Below, piece by piece: positions 27,231 through 37,100 of a DNA stretch of 64,000 nucleotides. Source of the stretch: Podarcis erhardii (taxonomy: Eukaryota); the NCBI GenBank assembly GCA_964252035.1, contig OZ176200.1, one strand, 5' to 3'. Positions within the stretch are counted from its first letter, which is position 1. Every line of letters starts with the position of its first letter. Below the pieces are notes generated by a model. That model ran no database searches, was not told where the DNA came from, and saw nothing but the letters and a program-made list of their open reading frames with translations. The translations under genes and the position numbers were made by a program.

Positions 27231-28359
27231 TACAATATAATAAAATATAATCAAGCTTTCCTTTGCGCAACGAAACAAGAGATTCAGTTTTCTTTCCTGT
27301 TTTGACATCCTTTCCCTTAAATACATATTATGCTTCTCACCTAAATAAGGATTTATGTTTGGATTCAAAGAGTCGTTTATATTCCAGAAGGGTGCTAGTG
27401 CTTTCCCAGCCCAGGGGCATTTTTGGCTGTTGCTCCTTGATAAACTGACTCCTCTGAGATATTCCAAAGTGCTTTTGAAATTCTCCCGAAATTCCTCACA
27501 ATTTGCAGCGCACCAAAGGAAGAAGGCTGTTTGAGGGTCAGTGGAGGGGGGGGACACCCAAGTATTTAAACTGTCTCCCAGTTTCATGGACTAGTTTTCT
27601 TGGATCCTAGCCTTAAATTTCGGGTCATAGGATGGGAACAGGATATGGATACTTCGTAACCTATTGTAAGTTTAGCCACCAGCTGTAGTTGACCACAAAT
27701 GCAGGTGTTGTTGTTTGTGTGTGTTAGGTTGATTACATTTCATTTGGTATGCCAAAAATAAAATAAAATCAAAATAGTTAAGGATAATACAATTTAAAAT
27801 ATATCGAACATGGGTGGTTAGTACCTTGATTTTATTTTTTTTAATCACTTTGATCACTCAAGAGAAGTCATATTGATTTAGCTGCCTGGATAAAGAGGAT
27901 GCTGTTGAAAAGCAATGAGTCAGAGGAAAAGCACAGAGGCTCTGTGTACAGAACAGGTCTCAAGCTGGTTTGCCACAAGATGCAGAAGAGTTAAAAGGAG
28001 CAAAAAGGATTACCCTGCATTTTAAAGCAAAATAAGCAAACTCCTCTCAAAGCCTGGGTTCGGCTGGAGTGAAGCAGGAGACAGAGATGAAAAGCTCTTC
28101 ACTTGCAACAACAACAAGAAAATCATGACATATTGACGAACACCCACCCTTGTCTCACCCAGGTTTTGCTGCAGCAGAGCGCTTTGCTCCTTGCATAATT
28201 GGTAGCAGAGTTGAGCTGAAAAACCATAGCGTGTTTGACATTTATTTGGTCACCTTTGCCATTCTAAATCAAACATTGGAGGGAACATTACAAAAATTGG
28301 TGGAAAAACTGACTTTGGGAATAGCAACAGTCTGAAGAAGAATTGCAAGATGGCGCCTT

Positions 28360-28625
28360 AGTGGGAAAACCAGTGTAGTTTGTAAAGGGTGCAGAGAGTT
28401 GTCGGGAAGCTGCTAATTCCCCTTACAGGACTACAATTCCAAGTGTTTCCTGTAAAGAGAGATTAGTCGTTAATCCACTCTGATAATTGTAGCTCTGTGA
28501 GAATAGGGGTCTCCTAACAACTCTCCGCACCATTCACAAACTACAATTCCCAGAATTCTTTGGGGGAAGTCATGAGTGTTTAAAGGGGTATCAAATTGCT
28601 TTAAATGTATGGTGTGAATGTGGCC
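28360..28625. mobile_element. Long palindromic lizard MITE, partial (fragments also at 11445-11560 and 33985-34200)
   Basis: Shares gtagctctgtgag...ggggtctcctaacaact...aaactacaattcccag...tttaaag..gtat arms with 29491-29776. Confidence 0.65.
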
Positions 28626-28754
28626 TTAATCACATACCACCAAATGATCACATGCAATTAATGATCAGAGAACCAGTGGATTGGATTTAGAGGCGTCTTT
28701 CCAGCAGTAGAAGCCACCTTCCACAAGCATAAGGGCTTTCTATGGCTTAGCATA

Positions 28755-29150
28755 AGATAACTTTGTTTGCTGATGATACTAAGTTGTTCAGGGTCATTAA
28801 AACAAAAGGTGCTTGTGAAGAGCTCCATAAGGACCTCTTCAAACTGAGTGAATGAGTGGTAAGATGGCAAAGGCAAGTCAGTGTAAACAAGTGTTAAAGG
28901 GATGCATGTCAGGGTATAAAACCACAACTTCACATATACTCTTATGGGGTCTAAAGTGGCAGTGACCAACCAGGACCTTGGGGCTGCAGTAGGTAGATCG
29001 ATGAAGATGTATGGCAGCTGTGAAAAGGGCATATTCCATGCTAGGGATCATTAGGAAAGATACTGAAAATAAAGTTACTGATATCGTAACACTGTTATAC
29101 AAACTGATGGTGCAACCACATTCGGACTATTGTGTTCAGTTCTGGTTGAT
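28755..29150 (+). mobile_element. CR1 RT fragment
   Basis: LFADDTKLFRVIKT and AAVKRAYSMLGIIRK...MVQPHSDYCVQFW motifs. Confidence 0.85.
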
Positions 29151-29490
29151 CATACATTCATTAATATCAATAAAAACAGAACAATACAGAAAAACATTTT
29201 AATCCAGAATTAAATCCTGGATTATATCTGATATCGACCCAGTGTTTGGCAATTTTAATTCACCAAATGTGTGAAACAGATTGGATCTTTCCAACAGGGT
29301 TCCCAATAGGCTAATACACAATAAATTTTATTTAACAAAAGTTTGCTGCATGTTTTTCAATAACTGCTGTTTCCACCTCCTGAAATGCACATGGAAGGGT
29401 GTTCCAGAAAATGGGTGCCACCACGAAGAAGGCTTATTTCCTAGATGTCAGAAGATGGCATTCCACACACAAACAATGGTGTAGTTTAAT

Positions 29491-29776
29491 GCCCCATGTG
29501 CTCCGTACATCTAAAACACTAGTATACCACTTTAAATAGGCCCCAGAGAATTCTGGGAACTGTAGTTTGTAAAGGTCAGAGGGTTGTTAGGAGACCCCCA
29601 ATTCCCTTCACAGAGCTACCATTCCCAGAGTGGGTATGGTGGCTCTGTGAGCAGAATAGAGAAGTTGTGACAAACCCCAGCACCCTCAACAAACTACAGT
29701 CCCCAGGATTCTTTGGGGAAACCATGGCTGTTTAAAGTGGTAGAATAGTGCTTTTAATATATTGTGCAGATGGGGC
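29491..29776. mobile_element. Long palindromic MITE, near complete
   Basis: Ends gccccat...tataccactttaaa / tttaaagtggta...atggggc; inner arms are self-complementary. Confidence 0.75.
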
Positions 29777-30771
29777 CTAGCTCTTAGCTGGCATCTATTA
29801 AAACCGAAAAAGCAAGCGGTAAAGAGAGGAAGAAGCCACTGAAAATATCCATCGAGAGAAGCAGGCTCATCAATAACATCAGTAGATATTAATGTTCAGC
29901 TAAATTACCTGGCAATATAGTTTAGTTGATTGATACCATAGCTGGAGACGAACATAACCAAAGCGGTGACAGAACCTCCCAAACAACCAATGGCTTATTT
30001 ATTGATTGTAGCACAATGAAGTTTGTGGTTTTTTAAAGAACTATTTGTCTTTGCAACTTTTGGTTTTGCCACCCACAAAGGGCTCCCACACAGCTCGTTA
30101 CATAACACCTAGACAGTATAAAGTAGGTACTGCTTATTTCTAAAGCGCATGAATCAAAATGCCAGCTCGAATCCCCACCTACAAACCCTGAGGGACAGTC
30201 ACATCAGATGCTTTGCTTCCTTAGGAAATGTAATCAGCAGGGAAGCACAGGCGCTGAGGAGAATGTTCATTTCCCTCAAACTGTGAAAGAACAAAGAGGT
30301 GCCCACCACAAATGTTAGAAGTCCAGCAGAGGAAAGGGGGGGACCCTTTTTTTTTAGTTTAATAGAAAAACAAGAGAGACACTTTACATCTCCTTCTCTA
30401 CACAGCTATAGAAAACAGCACATTTTTGAATGCATGGGAGAAGCTAGCCATCCTTTTGGCTGGAGGCTCAAGATTGAAGCATCTTAAGATTCAAGTTTCA
30501 TGGAAGCAGGAAGGCAGAGATTCAAGGCAAGACTTTATTAAGTGAGATTCTCAAGGAGTAAGGAATGCCAAATACCAAGTGGAATGCCAAATACCAAATG
30601 GGGAAACGTCTTGGGGGCTGCATCCCAAGGCTCAGCAGCGGGTGGAGCTGAAGGAATAAGTGTGCTGGGCCACCTATTTTCTCCCCCTCATCTCTCTCCT
30701 TCTCCCTTTCCACCAATCTCCCCCTGACTTGCAACAGTTACACAAGTGGAAGCTTCTTTTGTAAGCCTAAT

Positions 30772-30825
<54 letters not shown>

Positions 30826-31563
30826 AAAGTGGGGCTGAGGAGGGGAGGGTGCAAGCTGAATCCCAAGATGTTGGATGTGGTCCACTGGCTGGCATTTCTC
30901 CACCTCAGTTATAACAGCCTGGCATGTTTCCATTCTCCTGTTCTGGGTGTCCTGTGTCAGGCAGGAATGCTGAACAGCGGTAAGCACGGCAGCCACCATA
31001 AATCTGCTCCAACAAAGCTGGCTAATGCTACCATGATAGATAACAGGCAGTCAATTTAACTTAAATAGAAAATATTCATGCTACATTAACCTTAAAGTCT
31101 TCATAATTGTGGGGAAATTAAAGTCGAAGCAACGAATGTAATGGATATTTTCTCACGAAGCAGCATACCGCTGTGAAATAAAATGGATCATTTACCATTA
31201 CAACCACATACATTCCCCATTAGATAGCCTACTGGGATATCCCGAAGGAGAGAGCCAATCTGTTTCATACATTTGGTGAATTAAAATTGCCAGACACGGG
31301 GTAGTTATCAGACCGGGATTGTAAGGAGTTCCTTGCGTGACGGTGAGTGCAGCAGGCATTGCTGTCAATCCTCAGCCAGACAAATTAATCAGAGGCAGAG
31401 GAAGGGCTGGAGCAGAGAGGGCTGCATTTGATTTGAGTCCTCCTGGGCTTGTGCTTATGTAACCAAAACTGCATCACCCATGCATAAGCCACCTCGGTGT
31501 AACCCTGAGGTTTGCAGGTGTGGTCTGACCAAGACAGAATAGAGTGGTGCTATCACTTGCTGG

Positions 31564-32085
31564 GACAAAAGCAATGACAAACCTAGACAGCATCTTAAAA
31601 AGCAGAGACATCACCTTGCCAACAAAGGTCCGTATAGTTAGAGCTATGGTTTTCCCAGTAGTGATGTATGGAAGTGAGAGCTGGACCATAAAGAAGGCTG
31701 ATTGCCAAGGAATTGATGCTTTTGAATTATGGTGCTGGAGGAGACTCTTGAGAGCCCCATGAACTGCAAGAAGATCAAACCTATCCATTCTTAAGGAAAT
31801 CAGCCCTGAGTGCTCACTGGAAGGACAGATCCTGAAGCTGAGACTCCAATACTTTGGCCACCTCATGAGAAGAGAAGACTCCCTGGAAAAGACCCTGATG
31901 TTGGGAAAGATGGAGGGCACAAGGAGAAGGGGACGACAGAGGACGAGATGGTTGGACAGTGTTCTCGAAGCTACTAGCATGAGTTTGACCAAACTGCAGG
32001 AGGCGGTGGAAGACAGAGTTGCCTGACGTGCTCTGGTCCATGGGGTCACGAAGAGTCGGACACGACTAAACGACTAAACAACAAC
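31564..32085 (+). mobile_element. 5'-truncated BovB (RTE) LINE with 12-bp TSD
   Basis: DSILKSRDITLPTKVRIVRAMVFPVVMYGSESWT motif, gactaaacaacaac tail, and TSD atcacttgctgg at 31552-31563 and 32086-32097. Confidence 0.95.
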
Positions 32086-32125
32086 ATCACTTGCTGGATA
32101 CTATACTATCCTGGATACTTGCTGA

Positions 32126-32190
32126 ATACTATACTATACTATACTATACTATACTATACTATACTATACTATACTATACTATACTATACT
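32126..32190. repeat. (ATACT)13 pentanucleotide microsatellite
   Basis: Directly visible. Confidence 0.97.
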
Positions 32191-32446
32191 GGATATTATA
32201 CTTTTGTTGGTGCAGCCTAGAATAGCATGCTCTCCTTTTTTGGTGCTGCCTCAGACTGTTGACTCATGCTAAGCTTGCAGTCTACTAAGACCCCTAGATT
32301 CTCTTAACATGTACTACTGGCGAGCCAGGCATCCCCCATCTTACGTTTGTTCAGCTGGTTATTCCTGCCTAAGTGCTGAACCCTACATTTGTGTCTGTTG
32401 AAATTCATTTTGTTAGGTTTGGCCCAGTTCCCCAATATGTTAAGGT

Positions 32447-32621
32447 CAGTGCTTTTTTTCTAAAACAATGTTTAGGGGTACTCTCATTTTGACTAAAGAA
32501 AACCACCATTTTATAGTTCAAATCAGGAAAAATAAATACAGTAAATGGACAAAATTACAAAGATTAACAAAATGTTTAGGGGTATGCGTACCCCTGCGTA
32601 CCCCCCAGAAAACCCCCACTA
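32447..32621. mobile_element. hAT MITE nested in CR1
   Basis: Ends cagtgctttttttc / gaaaacccccacta; 8-bp TSD gttaaggt / attaaggt. Confidence 0.85.
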
Positions 32622-33317
32622 ATTAAGGTCATCTTGAATCCCAGTTCTGTCTTCTGTGGCATTAGATGCCCCTCCCAGTTTCCTCCTCCTCTAGGGAATG
32701 CCAGGAGTCGTTCTATACACTGTACCTTCCACAGCCACCTTGGTGTGTTCTGAGGTTTGCAACTGCTGCCCTTGCTCCTCTGACCCAAAATTGGTGTCCA
32801 AGGTGAGGGAATCAATTTTGCAGTTCCATTGATACAGCATGGCTCCTGACGGTACCGTTTGTGTGTGTCATGTTTCTTCAGGAGTTCATCTCCTGCAATT
32901 CTCCCTAGGGACACCCCACCTGCCTTGCTGTTCCAGGAAAGGCCACTGTGCTCCAACAAGAAATTCCTCATCTTGCCTAGTAGCTCCAAGTGTGGATAAG
33001 TGGGCCGCAAGTTGCTGCACCTGCTCTTCCAGAAAGGCAACCAGCTTGCACTTCCTCCAGGTGTATTTTTCCACATTCTCACGCACCAAGACAAATGCGG
33101 CAAAGGTGTTGCAGCTCACTGCAGCAGCTCACTCGCTGTCCATGCCTGTTGGTTCTACATACACCATGAGACGCTTTTCAGACTTCACTCTCAAAATGCC
33201 CTCACAAATGCCCCTGTTTACAAGCCCTGGTCACAAGCTCCCAAAGGCTGCATTCAGTTAAACAGAACTGCTCCTGACTGCTAACTCATCTGCCAACTTA
33301 TAAAGGGTGCTGAAAGT

Positions 33318-33970
33318 TATTATTATTATTTATTTAATTTATATACCACCCTATACCTGGAGGTCTCAGGGCGGTTCACAGAAAAGATCACAATATATAA
33401 AATAAAAACAATAACACAATAGGTAAAGGTAAAGGGACCCCTGACCATTAAGTCCAGTCACGGATGACTCTGGGGTTGCAGTGCTCATCTCGCTTTACTG
33501 GCCAAGGGAGCCGGTGTTTGTCTGCTGACAGCTTCTGGGTCATGTGACCAGCATGACTAAGCCGCTTCTGGCGAACCAGAGCAGTGCACAGAAACACCGT
33601 TTACCTTCCTGCTGGAGCAGTACCTTTTTATCTACTTGCACTTTGACTTGCTTTCGAACTGCTAGGTGGCAGGAGCTGGGACCAAGCAACAGGAGCTCAC
33701 CCCGTCGCGTGGATTCGAAACACAGACCTTCCGATCGGCAAGCCCTAGGCTCAGTCGTTTAGACCACAGCGCCACCCGTGTCCCACATAACCCAATAACA
33801 CTCCCCAAAAAGAGACACATTTTAAAAGGGTATAGGTATAGGATGTCAATCAGGTCAACCAAAGGCCTGGTTAAAAAGGAATATTTTTGTCTGGCACCTA
33901 AAGGTGTATAATGAAGGCACCAGGCGAACTTCCCTCGGGAGAGCATTCCATAGATGGGGAGCTACTGTAG
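33318..33970 (-). mobile_element. L2 3' end interrupted by a Sauria SINE
   Basis: Minus-strand FSTVAPHLWNALPREVRLVPSLYTFRCQTKIFLFNQAF and an (AAT)n tail. Confidence 0.8.
33421..33784 (-). mobile_element. Sauria SINE, full length (lacertid-type)
   Basis: Head gggacacgggtggcgctgtggtctaaacg...ttcgaatcc and (ACCTTT)n tail. Confidence 0.94.
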
Positions 33971-34003
33971 AGAAGGTTCCTATTCCTCTCACAGAGCTAC
34001 AAT

Positions 34004-34172
34004 TAGTGGCGTAGCGTGGGGGGTGCAGGGGGGGCCGGCCGCACTGGGCGCAACATCTGGGGGTTAGGGTTAGGGGGCGCAAATCCACGGGTTAGGGGGC
34101 GCAAATCCATGGGTTAGGGGGTGCAAATTACTTGCCTTGCCCCGGGTGCTGACAACCCACGCTACGCCACTG
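34004..34172. mobile_element. hAT MITE with internal TTAGGG-containing repeats
   Basis: TIR tagtggcgtagcgtggg / cccacgctacgccactg; perfect TSD gctacaat at 33996-34003 and 34173-34180. Confidence 0.92.
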
Positions 34173-37100
34173 GCTACAATTCCAAGAGTGGTTAAAAAAC
34201 TAGAGACTTTTCTCATGAAAGTCATTGAGCCTTCATCTCAGAAATGGCTTGAGCTTAATAAGAATTCTGTGTGAGAGATGCTAAGCAAGCTCCAGTCTGG
34301 AATTCCAGGAATTCTAATCTAGGACTTGCAGCTGAAGTTCAGAAGTCAAATATCTTTCAATAGTCAATGCAAATGCCAGATCTGCAAAGATCAGATTGGA
34401 TAACACACCAGCAACCCACACATTAGAACACTTTGCTGTACTTTCTTCTCACACAGCTAAGAAAGATGAGTCACTCATTACCCATGAACATTCAGGTAGG
34501 TACGGCATTATAATCAAAACTACCTGAGACCAGCATAGGGCTATTTATTCTAACATCTCCAAAAGAAAAGAAGACATTAGAAGATTCCAGGTAATTGTCA
34601 TACACTTCACAATTTGTCCCGTGTAACCTTGGTACATGCTGCTAAAAGTGATTAAGTGTATATGTGTCACAGTTGTTCACCTATGCAAATACATCTAACA
34701 AAAGACAGAAGCAAAGAGTCTATCTTTAGAACAAACCGAGCAAATATGCATAACTTCTGTAAACTAGGTATTTTGCAAAAGAGTGGTTTATGGTCAAGGG
34801 CAGTGAAATAGGAATGTGTTAGCTGCAAAGCCACTGAAAATAATCCTTTAGCTTGGGGAAAACCAAATGCTGCAGAGCATGGACAGTATGTCCATAGATA
34901 TATGCTCTGGACCTCAATACTTGCAATTGTTGATCACCTCTTGCTTGCCAGTTGGTTGGAAGCCTTCTCCAGTCCCTGGCTGAGCTGCTGCGACATCATG
35001 GAGTGTTCACAGCTATGAGGAGAATGCGAAGTGGTGTGATGTTTATGGGTTTCTTCCTTCCAGGAGACCTTGACTACCCTGACGCCTGCATAACACCCAC
35101 AGAGCCTCATTTGAATTTCTCCTTTTCGTCTTCTTACCAGATGCAGACGCTTTAACACCAGCCAATTTCTTTAACACCAGCCAATTTCTCTCTCCATCCC
35201 ACTGTTTATTTTCTTTACCATGGGTCCTGATAAAGTGTTGAGATAACATTTTGGTCGACCTGATAAAGTTATTGTCCCAATATGATTTTGTACACTGACC
35301 ACTGTGCTCAGTAGACAATCATGACGCTTCCAGGTAGCATACCTCATGCAAAGAACTCAGCATCCTTCATTCCTGGTGGAAAAATTCCCCACAAAATGGT
35401 TGCTGCTTCCAAATTTCCTTTTACATCCATGAACCATGGCCTTTCTTGGTAAACAAGTTTTTTGCACTGATCAAACCTTTTCCTGATATTCTGAGGTCTG
35501 GAAAGTACTATTTATTAATTTAAAAACACATTTCTTCATAATTCAGTGCCAAATTGCATTGCACATCTCACTTCCATCCTTGTGCACACAGCCAAAAGTG
35601 TGTATTCTTTGTTTCCGCTATGCAGTTGTCTAATGAACTCAGAGATGACCTGTTAACATGCACAAATGTAAATCTGTGTACTATATTTTTTCCTCCTCCA
35701 AATGCTACTTTCTCTCTCTCTCTTTGCGAAGAGGAAGAAAAAGGACATTGGCATTAAAGTAAAGAATTCATTACATTTTTAACATTTCTGTATCAGCTAG
35801 TTCTTGGAACGTGTTATAAAGTGGGCTGCCTTGTAAAGGTCCGTGAAATATATCAACAGCAAAAATGTGTTTACACTTTGTAAAAGCTTTTAAATCTTGC
35901 CATTGAAAGTGTGCAGCTTTAAATGCAGATGTCAAACATTAAATAAGAGTCCATTTTTGTTTATTGCAGCAGTTATTGAGAACAGTCTTAATAGATCATA
36001 CTTTCCCGGCTTACTTATGGTAGCCGGCTGTAAGGGGGCTTAGGAAGCACGTCTCTTAAATACATCAAAGTTTGTCATGTTTCCTTCAATAATGCTTGCT
36101 CTGTATCTAAGAGATCCTCCAGAACTTAAAATGCTTAATAAATTCCATTTAACTAATTGGTCACAAATGCCTTCTCTTGGTTATGAGCAGGGCTGTGGAC
36201 ATTCTGTGATTCTGAAACAATTCTGTGCTAGCATGGAACCAGCTGCAGAAAATCCTCAGAGAAGCTGAACTTTCATTTCATTTTTAAAAGCAAGGCTCCA
36301 ACCTTTATGGCTGCAAAGAAAGACCTGAAAATATTGAGGCAATGACTGCTGAAATCTGAGAAACTGGCCAGGATCACACACAGCTGCTTGCCCTTCAGAA
36401 TCACCAATAAAAAACCCCGCAATCAATATATACAAATTTGTATAGTTTATTCAGGTTGTATAATTTAGTTTTCCTGTGGTTTGTCTTTGCGGGGGGTGAG
36501 GGGAGGGAAAAGAGCTTCCAGATTAATGTTATTAAACAAAACTCAATATTTATATTAAAAAAATGAAATGATTGTCACTTCTGAGAAATCTTGTTCATAT
36601 TCCGTTTTCAAGGATATTTTTCAATGAATAATTTTCTAAAGCACCTGCTACTCTCCCTTTCCACAAAAGCATCTTGGTTTTTTGTCAATGGCCTTCTTGC
36701 AACATTTGCTTTGAATTCTAACCCTCCTACTCCACCTTCACAATGTTACTTCCCTTTACAATATTTCATTGAAGCTCTCTGAATGAAGTTAGTCACAAAG
36801 GAATAAGTTGTCTCTAATGACCTTGTGGCAAAAATAAAGTTGTTATTGTTGATGGGGGGAAAATGCTTGCATAAGATTTGTGCTACATTGCCGAAACTGA
36901 GTCATCCTGCCTCCATGTCCATGTGGCATGCTCATCATGTACAATGACGAGAGCGCATAGGGGCTGAGATGTAGATGGAAGCCACTTAAGTGTCCCCATT
37001 TTTGTATGCAATCAAAATGTATCATCCTGTTAAATAATTATGCAAACACCTTTCCAACTAGTATTGTGCCCCCTTTTGCACATTAGCTTTCAAGGCTGAA

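Larger units (their letters stand above)
31445..33295 (-). mobile_element. Internally deleted CR1 (ORF1 5' part joined to RT 3' part) hosting nested elements
   Basis: ORF1 zinc-finger/leucine-zipper-like CNTFAAF...KCKLVAFLEEQVQQL at 32886-33119. RT-region sequence at 31445-31563, 32190-32446 and 32630-32672. Confidence 0.75.

Noticed and set aside
31474-32049. 191-aa minus-strand ORF (and similar at 48494-48814, 48961-49374, 49915-50496, 51187-51708)
   Set aside because: Antisense shadows of BovB coding sequence.
33700-33784. tRNA genes at SINE heads (also 7830-7909, 12990-13051, 3610-3680)
   Set aside because: They are tRNA-derived SINE heads with A/B boxes but no complete cloverleaf, and they continue into SINE bodies.
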